Assembly: GCA_007132185.1 (NCBI GenBank)
Contig: SLPC01000048.1
Coordinates: forward strand, 1 to 60,447
Reading direction: 5' to 3'
Length of the DNA: 60,447 bases
DNA from: Anaerolineae bacterium
GTDB taxonomy: Bacteria; Chloroflexota; Anaerolineae; UBA1429
Positions 39,652-47,813 of this stretch are shown here, one piece after another. Position 1 is the first letter of the stretch, and every line of letters begins with the position of its first letter. The position numbers were made by a program, and so were the translations under genes. The notes beneath the pieces were generated by a model, which was not told the origin of the DNA, did not search any database, and worked only from the letters and a program-made list of their open reading frames with translations.

Positions 39652-40440
39652 ATGCGCGTCTCGGTCATCTCGTACTCGTTCTTTCCCATGACTCGCACGG
39701 GCATCATGGACACCTTTGGGTACCTGGAAACGGTCCGCTACCGATATGACCTGCGCGCGGCGGATCTGTGGAACTGGACCATGGACAGTATCGATGATGA
39801 CTATGTGCAGGCTGTGCGGAGAGGCCTGATCGAACGAGAGTTGGCTCTGGCCAACTTTTCCTTGGACGGTTGCCATGTATGGGAGAAAGACCCAGGCGCA
39901 CGCAAGTTCAACCATCGCAACGCATTGGCCAACCTTCGGGCCGCCGAGATCATGGGGGCCCAGACGGTGCGCATCGATACGGGCGGCCCGGCGGATGTGT
40001 CTCACTATACCAACCAGCAGTTCGATCACATCGTCATGCGCTATCGCGAATATGCCCAGCGCGCCTATGACAATGGCTACCGGGTGGGGCCGGAGAACCA
40101 CTGGGGCCCCGAGCGCTTCCCACAAGAGCTACAGCGCCTGAGCGAGGCCGTGGATCATCCCGGCTTTGGCATCCTGCTCCATGCCGGGCTGTGGGACGTG
40201 GATGCCGACCAGGGGGATCGGATGCTGGCGTCGTGGGTGATGCACACCCACCTGACAGAGAGCCTCACCGACGACGCTCTGGCCGAGGTCATTGCCACAC
40301 TTGATGCCGCCGGTTACGAGGGCGGCTGGACCGCCGAGGTGGAAAAGGGCGCCACCTACGTGTCGGCGGGCCTCCTCATCGCTCGCATACAACGCGTACT
40401 TGAGAGCCGGCGTCTGGGTGATCAACGGACATTGACATGA
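39652..40440 (+). CDS. Xylose-isomerase-like TIM-barrel protein, paralogue 5
   Basis: (M)MRVSVISYSF... with the same motif set (GPENH, AVDHPGFGILLH, ASWVMHTHL). The start is 39649 or 39652. The ORF-track start at 39529 is rejected. Confidence 0.85.
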   Translation: MRVSVISYSFFPMTRTGIMDTFGYLETVRYRYDLRAADLWNWTMDSIDDDYVQAVRRGLIERELALANFSLDGCHVWEKDPGARKFNHRNALANLRAAEIMGAQTVRIDTGGPADVSHYTNQQFDHIVMRYREYAQRAYDNGYRVGPENHWGPERFPQELQRLSEAVDHPGFGILLHAGLWDVDADQGDRMLASWVMHTHLTESLTDDALAEVIATLDAAGYEGGWTAEVEKGATYVSAGLLIARIQRVLESRRLGDQRTLT

Positions 40441-40453
40441 GTGGGTTATAGAT

Positions 40454-41233
40454 ATGCGCATCTCGGTAGTTTCTTCTTCGTTCTTTCCCATGAACCGTGC
40501 CGGCACCATGGATGTATTCGGTTACCTGGAATCGATGCGGTACCGCTACGGCCTGTACACAGCCGACATTTGGAACTGGTCCTTGGCCAGTCTCGACCAG
40601 GAGCATATCCAGGCTGTTCGAGGAGCCCTTGTGGAGCGCGAAATGAGGCTGGCCGCCCTGTCCACCGATGGCTCCCATCTGTGGGAAGACGATCCTGCGG
40701 CGCGCGCGTACAACCATCGCATGACTTTGGAGCATATGCGCGTCGCCGAGTCCATGGGCGCCAACATGGTGCGTATCGACGCGGGAGCTGGTGTCGACAC
40801 CCAGACTTTTGGCGAGGAACAAATCGATCTATTGGCGACCCGCTACCGCGAGTATGCCCAGCGCGCCCATGACAACGGCTACAAGATCGGGGCTGAGAAC
40901 CATTACGGCGCCGAGCGGAACCCCCTCGAGATGCGGCGCCTCGCCGAGGCCGTGGATCATCCCGGCTTTGGCCTGATCCTGCACGTCGGAAACTGGCGCG
41001 GAGAGAACGCCGACCGGGGCGATGCTATGACCGCTCCCTGGACCATCCACGTCCACCTGCCGGACAGCCTAACCGACGAGGGGCTGGCCGAGCCGATGGC
41101 GCTACTGCGCAACACAGGCTATGTCGGGACTTGGTGCATCGAGTTCGAAGGGGGCGCCACCTATGCCCAGGCGGGCGTCATGATCGCCCGCGTACAGAGT
41201 GTACTGGAGGGCTGGCGCCTCGCGGGCACGTGA
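40454..41233 (+). CDS. Xylose-isomerase-like TIM-barrel protein, paralogue 6
   Basis: MRISVVSSSF... with the same motif set (GAENH, AVDHPGFGLILH, APWTIHVHL). Confidence 0.85.
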   Translation: MRISVVSSSFFPMNRAGTMDVFGYLESMRYRYGLYTADIWNWSLASLDQEHIQAVRGALVEREMRLAALSTDGSHLWEDDPAARAYNHRMTLEHMRVAESMGANMVRIDAGAGVDTQTFGEEQIDLLATRYREYAQRAHDNGYKIGAENHYGAERNPLEMRRLAEAVDHPGFGLILHVGNWRGENADRGDAMTAPWTIHVHLPDSLTDEGLAEPMALLRNTGYVGTWCIEFEGGATYAQAGVMIARVQSVLEGWRLAGT

Positions 41234-41302
41234 CCCTACCGCTACCGCGATCGAACGGCAGCCAAGTTCTGGTACGTCTTGTCCCGTGATCTACTGACTG
41301 GT

Positions 41303-42478
41303 TCAGTCGCGTCTCGGATCCACATAGTGAATGACGCCCCGCTCGCCACTCACCAGCCAATCGGCGTCCTCCGCCGCGATTGTGGCCGCCTCACCCTCTT
41401 GTAGCCCCACCATCAACTCGGCCTTGAGGGTGCGCAGCGTCACAAAGGGCGCGGGCATGTAGCGCGTCACCGCGGCCATGTCGGTGGTGTGCGGCCAATG
41501 ACGGTCCTCCAGCAGGCGCCGATAGTTGACATCGCCCTTGAGCAGGATCAAATCCGAGCCCATCAGATGCTCTTTCAGGTCGGGCGGAAGCTCGGTCAGG
41601 TGGCGGCTGGTAGTCCAGAACCAGTGAGCCTCGAGCACGATGCGGCTCTCTTCCTGAGCGCGTCTCAACAGCGCCCCCAGCGCCTCGCTGGCCGGATCGC
41701 GCATGGCCTCCAACGCCTGGCGGCTCAGGACATAGTCCTTGGACATGGCATCCGAAACAAAGTAGGGTTGGGGCTTGAGATGGATGTGCACCGTGTCCAC
41801 CAGGTCATGCTCCAGCATCAGGCCGATCAGCCCCATGTCGGCCAGCAGTTCGGGGCCGCTATTGTCGGCAACCCAGTCCAACCGCTTGACCTGGCCTGCA
41901 GACACCCGCTCCCAGACATCGCGACGATGGTCGATGAGGATGCGATGGCTCTCGTCGCCGTCGGCCTCACTGCCGCCTGATATGGCGATGTTGCTCAAAT
42001 CGGCGCGATTGCCCCACAGGCTGCGCGACATGGCTATCCAAAAGAGCCCCTCCAGATCGGACTCGTCCAGGTTCTCGTAAAAGCGTTGGGTTGCCTCCAG
42101 GCCCTCCCCCAGAGCCTCGCGCTTTTGGGGCTCGAATGGATCCAGCAGGAACCAGCGGCCGGGCTCGAAATAGCGCACCGTCTCCAGCAGACGCCGGTAG
42201 AAATATGTCTCGGCCACGAACCAGGGCAACTGCAACCAGGTGGCCCCTTCCCAGGGCGCCAACGCCTCTCGCCATCGGCCGGCATCCCGGGCGTCCTCGG
42301 GAAGCGGGGCGACGGGCGCGCCCCGGATCTCGTCGATCAAACGATGCAGCTCTGAAACGATCTCTTCCGAGTAGTGCTGGGTGTCGATCACCTCGGTAAC
42401 GACGCCCGGCTTGCGATACAGGATCGTATGCTCGGCAAAAGAGCCGGTATCGGAAACCATCAGGTATGGTGGTAGCAT
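41303..42478 (-). CDS. DUF89 / ARMT1-like damage-control phosphatase family protein
   Basis: Motifs WVADNSGPELLADM and LILLKGDVNYRRL. ATG 42478 follows AGGAGGG (minus strand, 42493-42487). The ORF-track start at 42538 is rejected. Confidence 0.75.
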   Translation of the reverse strand: MLPPYLMVSDTGSFAEHTILYRKPGVVTEVIDTQHYSEEIVSELHRLIDEIRGAPVAPLPEDARDAGRWREALAPWEGATWLQLPWFVAETYFYRRLLETVRYFEPGRWFLLDPFEPQKREALGEGLEATQRFYENLDESDLEGLFWIAMSRSLWGNRADLSNIAISGGSEADGDESHRILIDHRRDVWERVSAGQVKRLDWVADNSGPELLADMGLIGLMLEHDLVDTVHIHLKPQPYFVSDAMSKDYVLSRQALEAMRDPASEALGALLRRAQEESRIVLEAHWFWTTSRHLTELPPDLKEHLMGSDLILLKGDVNYRRLLEDRHWPHTTDMAAVTRYMPAPFVTLRTLKAELMVGLQEGEAATIAAEDADWLVSGERGVIHYVDPRRD

Positions 42479-42641
42479 TTCGTTGTCCCTCCTATAACAG
42501 CCAGGGGCATTGTACAATGAATGCCGTTCACTGACCATTCACGGCAAGGAAAGAGCGCCCCATTATCCCGCAAGAAGCAAGGGTGCTATAGTCATGGTGT
42601 GCCACCCGGATGCGAGAATCCACAAGGCCTGTGCGGCTGTG

Positions 42642-42670
42642 TTGACAGGCACCGATTCCAAGTCTATACT
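42642..42670 (+). promoter_or_regulatory. Candidate promoter of mutS2
   Basis: TTGACA (42642-42647), 17-nt spacer, TATACT (42665-42670). Confidence 0.5.
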
Positions 42671-42719
42671 TTTATGTTCAAGCCCTTTACTGACCACTAT
42701 TTGAGAGATATCGGAATAG

Positions 42720-45131
42720 ATGCAAGATCAATACCTGGATACCCTGGAATATGACAAGATCCTACAGCAGCTTGCCGAGCACACCGCTTTTTCGGCCAGC
42801 CGAGCGCTGGCGCTGGCCCTGCGACCCGTGACCGACGAGGACGCGGTGCGCCACCGCCAGCAAGAGACGACCGAGGCCAAGGACCTTTTGGCGACCCGCG
42901 TGGAGCTGAGCATCGGCGGTGCCCGAGATGTACGCGCCCAGGCCCGCCGCGCCCAGCTCGATGCCCTATTGCCCGCCGAGGAGCTGCTGGCTATCGACAA
43001 TACGCTGCGCTCTGGCCGCGACCTCTATCAGAAGCTGGCGCACCTGGACGAGGAGGCGCCACTGCTCTCTAACAAGGCAGGCCAGATCCGGCCCCTGCAC
43101 CACGTGATCGAGGAGATCGAGCGGTGCCTGGATGCCGATGGCCAAGTGCTGGACTCGGCCAGCCCCGAGCTGGCCCGCATCCGGCGGGAGAGCTTTGCGG
43201 CGCGCGAGCGGCTGCTGGAGCGCCTCCGCCGCCTGGTGAGCAGCTCGGAGACCAGCCGCTTTTTGCAGGAGCCGATCGTCACCGAGCGCAATGGCCGTTA
43301 TGTCATCCCGCTCAAGGTCGAGTTTCGCGGGCGCATCCCGGGCATCGTGCAGGACCAGTCCTCCAGCGGGGCCACGCTCTTTATCGAGCCGTTGGCCACT
43401 GTCGAACTGAACAACCACTGGCACGAGCTCAAGATCGCCGAGCGCCACGAGGTGGCCCGCATTCTGCGCATGTTGAGCGCCCTGGTCGGCGACGAGGCCG
43501 ACAATATCACCAACAATGTACGGCTGCTGGCCGAGATCGACCTGGCGCTGGCCAAGGCCCATTACAGCTATGCCCTCAACGGCGTCGAGCCCGAGCTGAC
43601 CGAGGCGCGCTGGCCTCTTTCCGAGAACCCACTGCCACCATACGAGCACCCTCTCTCGCTGCTCAAGGCGCGACACCCGCTGCTGGACCCCGCCACGGTG
43701 GTACCTATCGACGTCTATCTTGGGGGAGACTATACGGTGGTGGTAATCACCGGGCCCAACACCGGCGGCAAGACTGTGTCGCTCAAGACCGTCGGCCTGT
43801 TGGCGGCCATGCATCAGGCTGGGCTGCACATCCCTGCCATGGATGGATCGCGCCTGCCCGTCTTTTCGGGGATCTATTCCGACATCGGCGATGAGCAGAG
43901 CATCGAGCAGAGCCTCTCGACCTTTTCATCGCACCTGACCCATATCGTCGACCTGCTGGCCAAGGCCGACGAGCGGTCGCTGGTGCTGCTGGACGAGATC
44001 GGCGCGGGCACCGACCCCGTGGAGGGTGCCGCCCTCGCCCAGGCCCTGATCACCGAGTTCCTGCGGCGCAAGAGCCTCACCCTCTGCTCGTCGCACTATG
44101 CCGAGCTCAAGGTGTATGCGTTCAGCACCCCCGGCGTGCAGAATGCCAGCGTCGAGTTCGATGTGCAGACCCTCTCGCCCACCTTTCAACTGACCATTGG
44201 CCTGCCCGGGCGCAGCAACGCCCTGGCCATCGCCGAGCGGCTGGGTCTGTCCGAGGACATCCTTGTCCAGGCGCGCGAGATGCTCTCGCCCGATGCCCTG
44301 GGCGCCGACGTGCTGCTGGAGAACGTCCGCAATGCCAGCCAGGCAGCCGAGACGGCGCAACGCGAGACCGAAGAGGCGCGGGCCCGTGCGGAGGAAATGG
44401 AGCGCGAGCTCCGCCAAAAGCTGGGCCAGATCGAAGAGGCGCGGCGGCAGGTGATCGAAGAAGCGCGCGAGCAGGCCCGCGAGGAGCTGGAGCAGATGCG
44501 CCAGGAGCTGCGTACATGGCGCCAGCGCGCGGCGTCCGAGGGCCGTGCGGCCCAGGGCTCTGCGGCCGCGCATCCTGCGGCCCCGCTCCAGGAGATGTTG
44601 CGCGCCATCGAGCGACTGGAGGAGCGCGTCCAGCCTATCGAGCCTATGAGCGAGCCCAGGACCGTTCCCGATGCAGAGATGCGGGTGGGCGACCGGGTCT
44701 ATGTCCCCTCGCTGGACCAGGAGGGCCAGTTGCAGGAGATCGACGGGGATGAGGCCCAGGTGAGCATCGGCGGCTTTCGCGTGCGCACCGAGCTGGACCG
44801 GCTCGAGTACCGAGGGCGGGGGCGCCCGGAAAAAGAGCCCCAGCCGGAGACCCTCACGAGACGGGCCAAGGGCCCCGCCCCCAGCATGGAGCTGCACCTG
44901 CGCGGCATGCGGGCTGACGAGGCCATCTCGGCGGTGACCAAGTATCTGGAGGACGCCTACCTGGCCGCCCTACCCTGGGTGCACATCGTGCATGGCAAGG
45001 GGATGGGGGTACTCAAGCAGGTGGTGCGCGACCAGTTGCGGGGCCACCCACTGGTGCGCTCCTGGCGCCCGGGCGAGCTTTCGGAGGGCGGAGACGGCAT
45101 CACCGTCGTGGAGTTGGATAGCGTCGAGTAG
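42720..45131 (+). CDS. mutS2: Endonuclease MutS2 (MutS ATPase + C-terminal Smr domain)
   Basis: Walker A ITGPNTGGKTVSLKTVGL, LVLLDEIGAGTDP, a long coiled coil, and Smr (ELHLRGMRADEA...IVHGKGMGVLK). Confidence 0.9.
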   Translation: MQDQYLDTLEYDKILQQLAEHTAFSASRALALALRPVTDEDAVRHRQQETTEAKDLLATRVELSIGGARDVRAQARRAQLDALLPAEELLAIDNTLRSGRDLYQKLAHLDEEAPLLSNKAGQIRPLHHVIEEIERCLDADGQVLDSASPELARIRRESFAARERLLERLRRLVSSSETSRFLQEPIVTERNGRYVIPLKVEFRGRIPGIVQDQSSSGATLFIEPLATVELNNHWHELKIAERHEVARILRMLSALVGDEADNITNNVRLLAEIDLALAKAHYSYALNGVEPELTEARWPLSENPLPPYEHPLSLLKARHPLLDPATVVPIDVYLGGDYTVVVITGPNTGGKTVSLKTVGLLAAMHQAGLHIPAMDGSRLPVFSGIYSDIGDEQSIEQSLSTFSSHLTHIVDLLAKADERSLVLLDEIGAGTDPVEGAALAQALITEFLRRKSLTLCSSHYAELKVYAFSTPGVQNASVEFDVQTLSPTFQLTIGLPGRSNALAIAERLGLSEDILVQAREMLSPDALGADVLLENVRNASQAAETAQRETEEARARAEEMERELRQKLGQIEEARRQVIEEAREQAREELEQMRQELRTWRQRAASEGRAAQGSAAAHPAAPLQEMLRAIERLEERVQPIEPMSEPRTVPDAEMRVGDRVYVPSLDQEGQLQEIDGDEAQVSIGGFRVRTELDRLEYRGRGRPEKEPQPETLTRRAKGPAPSMELHLRGMRADEAISAVTKYLEDAYLAALPWVHIVHGKGMGVLKQVVRDQLRGHPLVRSWRPGELSEGGDGITVVELDSVE

Positions 45132-45132
45132 T

Positions 45133-45156
45133 ACGTACCGACGTACGCCGGTACGT
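45133..45156. terminator. 8-bp hairpin between convergent mutS2 and uvrC
   Basis: ACGTACCG-8 nt-CGGTACGT, which fills the 31-nt gap. Confidence 0.35.
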
Positions 45157-45162
45157 CTGCGC

Positions 45163-47007
45163 CTAGAGGTAGTTTGCCACAGCCTCGGCGGTCGCGCGGT
45201 TCATGCTCGGCACGGAGGCCAACTCCTCGACGCTGGCCTTGCGGATGGCATCCACCGAGCCAAATTGCCGCAACAGCGCCTGGCGACGCTTGGGCCCGAC
45301 GCCGGGGATTTCGTCCAGGACGGAACGGGTGCCCTCTTTGGCGCGCAGCTTGCGGTGGTAGGTAACGGCAAAGCGATGGGCCTCATCGCGGATACGCTGC
45401 ACGAGATAGAGCGCCTGCGAGCCCCGCGGGAGCTGCACTGGCGTAGGCCGCCCCGGCACGAATAGCTCTTCCTCCTGCTTGGCCAGCGCCGCGGTGGTGA
45501 TGTGCCCCATGCCCATGGATTCCAGCACCTCGCGCGCGACGCCGAGCTGCCCCTTGCCACCATCCAGGATCACCAGATCGGGCAGGATGGCCCAGCGGTT
45601 CGTCTGGCCATCCACCGAGCGCTTGGCCTGCGCCTCCTGGGCGCGGTGAAACCGCCGCGTGAGCACCTCACGCATGGAGGCATAGTCATCGGCGCCCTGC
45701 ACCGTCCGAACCCGGAAATGGCGATAATCGCGCTTGCTCGGCGTCCCCCGGTCAAAGACCACCATGCTGCCGGTGATGTGGGTGCCCTGAATGGCCGAGA
45801 TGTCATAGCACTCGATGCGCGTCGGCGGATGCGGCATCTCTAGCGCCGCCTGCAGATCGGTGAGGGCCTCTGTCTGGCGGTTGGTGTCCACTTCCCACTC
45901 CATGCGCAGCCGCTCCAGGGTCTCGATGGCATTCTCGTGGGCCATTCTGACGATGGCCCTCTTGTCGCCCCGCTTGGGGACCTTGATGGTCACTTTGCGG
46001 CCCCGCTGGCTGGCGAGCCAGGAGGTGATGACGGCAAACTCGTCCAGGTCGTGCTGCAAGAGAATCTCGGGTGGGATCTGGGTGGCCTCACTGTAGAACT
46101 GCTTGATGAACGAGCCCATCACCTCGGCATCGGCCTCGTCACTGGCGCCCGTAAGCACAAAATACTCGCGGCCGATCAGCTTGCCTTCACGCACAAAAAA
46201 GACCTGTACACAGGCCTGACCATCGTCCCGGGCCATGGCAATGATGTCGTGATCGCGCAGGTGCTCGGAGACGATGCGCTGCCGCTCAATGATCTGGTTG
46301 ATGGCGTCCACCTGGTCACGCAGCGTGGCAGCCTTCTCAAAGTCCAGGGCCTCGGCGGCCTCGTTCATCTCGCGCGCCAGATCCTTGACGATCTGCTCCG
46401 AGCGGCCCTCGAGGAACAGGCAGGCCTGCTGGATGATATTGCGGTACCCGGCCTGATCGATGGCACCAATACAGGGGCCGGTGCAGCGCTTGATATGATA
46501 GTAGAGGCAAGGGCGCGGGTCCTTGCCCGTGATCTCTCGGTTACAGGTGCGGTAAGGAAAGAGCCGGCGCAGCACCTCCAGCGTCTGGCGGACGGCCTGC
46601 GACGAAGTAAAGGGTCCAAAATAGCGCGCCCCATCACGTCGCGCCTGACGCACGATGCGAATGCGCGGAAAGGGCTCCTGCAGGGAAACCTGGATATAGG
46701 GGTAACGCTTGTCATCCTTGAGGCGTACGTTAAAGCGCGGGCGATGCTGCTTGATCAGCTCGCTCTCGAGGATCAGCGCCTCGAGCTCGGACTCGGTAAC
46801 GATCCACTCGATGTCGGCAATATCGTTGACGAGCCGCGCCGTCTTGGTCGAGTGGGTTGCCGAGGCATGAAAATAAGATCGTACCCGATTTCGCAGCACG
46901 ACAGCTTTGCCCACATATATGACGCGATCGTCCGCGTCCTTCATCAAATAGACGCCCGGCCTGTCCGGCAAGCCAGCCAGGCGCGTGGCGATCTGTTCCT
47001 CTACCAT
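45163..47007 (-). CDS. uvrC: Excinuclease ABC subunit C
   Basis: GIY-YIG (GVYLMKD...VIYVGKA...RV.SY), a central endonuclease region, and a C-terminal (HhH)2 (IPGVGPKRRQALL...ASVEELA). Confidence 0.92.
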   Translation of the reverse strand: MVEEQIATRLAGLPDRPGVYLMKDADDRVIYVGKAVVLRNRVRSYFHASATHSTKTARLVNDIADIEWIVTESELEALILESELIKQHRPRFNVRLKDDKRYPYIQVSLQEPFPRIRIVRQARRDGARYFGPFTSSQAVRQTLEVLRRLFPYRTCNREITGKDPRPCLYYHIKRCTGPCIGAIDQAGYRNIIQQACLFLEGRSEQIVKDLAREMNEAAEALDFEKAATLRDQVDAINQIIERQRIVSEHLRDHDIIAMARDDGQACVQVFFVREGKLIGREYFVLTGASDEADAEVMGSFIKQFYSEATQIPPEILLQHDLDEFAVITSWLASQRGRKVTIKVPKRGDKRAIVRMAHENAIETLERLRMEWEVDTNRQTEALTDLQAALEMPHPPTRIECYDISAIQGTHITGSMVVFDRGTPSKRDYRHFRVRTVQGADDYASMREVLTRRFHRAQEAQAKRSVDGQTNRWAILPDLVILDGGKGQLGVAREVLESMGMGHITTAALAKQEEELFVPGRPTPVQLPRGSQALYLVQRIRDEAHRFAVTYHRKLRAKEGTRSVLDEIPGVGPKRRQALLRQFGSVDAIRKASVEELASVPSMNRATAEAVANYL

Positions 47008-47141
47008 ATGTTCGCCACATCTCCTACGAGTTTCCCAATGCGTGCTAGACCGATTATACTAGCGCTCTTCCCTATGAGCAACCCGAGAGGCTGATGCAAG
47101 GCACGATAGGGGATCCATCTGCACCGATTCTAACATCTGCC

Positions 47142-47170
47142 TTGACAGCCGTTACTTTCTCATACATAAT
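47142..47170 (+). promoter_or_regulatory. Strong sigma-70-type promoter with no gene behind it
   Basis: TTGACA (47142-47147), 17-nt spacer, CATAAT (47165-47170). Confidence 0.55.
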
Positions 47171-47176
47171 GGGGAC

Positions 47177-47591
47177 ACACTGCCCATAGGGTGGTAGGGT
47201 TACAAGGGCGTATCGATCTTTTTCACAATTGCATCCAGGTTACGCTATTTTCGCTTCCGGCTCGCCTTATCGAGATTCAACGGGGTTATCATCGTCAAGG
47301 TGCGAGTTCCTGGTTACACGGCAAAGAGGCCACACCATCGGACGGAAAAGCAATGCGACCACACTCTGTGTCGAGTGCCTATCGGCTACCGGAATACGGT
47401 AGGGGGCTAGCCCTCCCACCGAATGTGCATGCACAGACTCCCGGTAGACGTAGCTATCCGTGTCCCAGCCGGGCACTGGCCAATCCACCTTGGCGCAGAC
47501 CCTGGTTTGCTCTGGAGCATGCGCGGGCCCGGTTTGTCACGCTTCGCCTCTTCTCTTTTGCGGCTGCCGTTATTACGGCGCCGCTTTTTTT
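47177..47591 (+). ncRNA. Candidate noncoding RNA or long cis-regulatory leader of about 415 nt (class unknown)
   Basis: It is bounded by the promoter above and an intrinsic terminator. It has lower GC than its flanks. The only ORFs have non-protein-like composition. Several local hairpins are present, e.g. CTACCG-GAATA-CGGTAG at 47386-47402. Confidence 0.4.
47560..47591 (+). terminator. Intrinsic terminator
   Basis: GCGGC(T)GCCG-TTATTA-CGGCGCCGC followed by T7 (47585-47591). Confidence 0.65.
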
Positions 47592-47813
47592 GTTCCCCAA
47601 CCTCTTGTCACTTGCGCGACTATATGCGGCGCGCCGATCAGCGCGTCCACTATAGGGGCGTTGCCGGTTGCTTCGCGCAACTAGCAGCGCAACAGACAGG
47701 CCCGTTTTGCCGCACACAACAAGCACAAAGGAGGAGCTTACCGCAGACCTAGCCAACGGAGCCGCAGTCTAAAAGAGTATCGGAAATCGCACTGTAAGCA
47801 ACGGGAGGAAGAC

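Noticed and set aside
10319-45131. rqcH and mutS2 (both linked to ribosome rescue in Bacillus) as one ribosome quality control locus.
   Set aside because: They are about 30 kb apart, on opposite strands, and separated by unrelated operons. Their co-occurrence in the window is not evidence of linkage.
47177-47591. Possibility that the 415-nt unit is tmRNA or RNase P RNA, since the size fits and CCCATAGGGTGGTAGGGTTAC vaguely recalls the RNase P segment CCAUAGGGCAGGGUGCCAGGUAAC.
   Set aside because: The universal RNase P blocks (GGAAAGUCCGGGC, ACAGAA.CCGGCUUA) are absent. There is no tRNA-like 3' end or tag reading frame for tmRNA.
47191-47655. 154-aa ORF (and the overlapping 47423-47752, 47460-47684 and 47454-47756(-)) in the uvrC / ABC-locus gap.
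   Set aside because: GTG start with no SD, non-protein-like composition, and the ORF runs straight through an intrinsic terminator. The region is better explained as noncoding.
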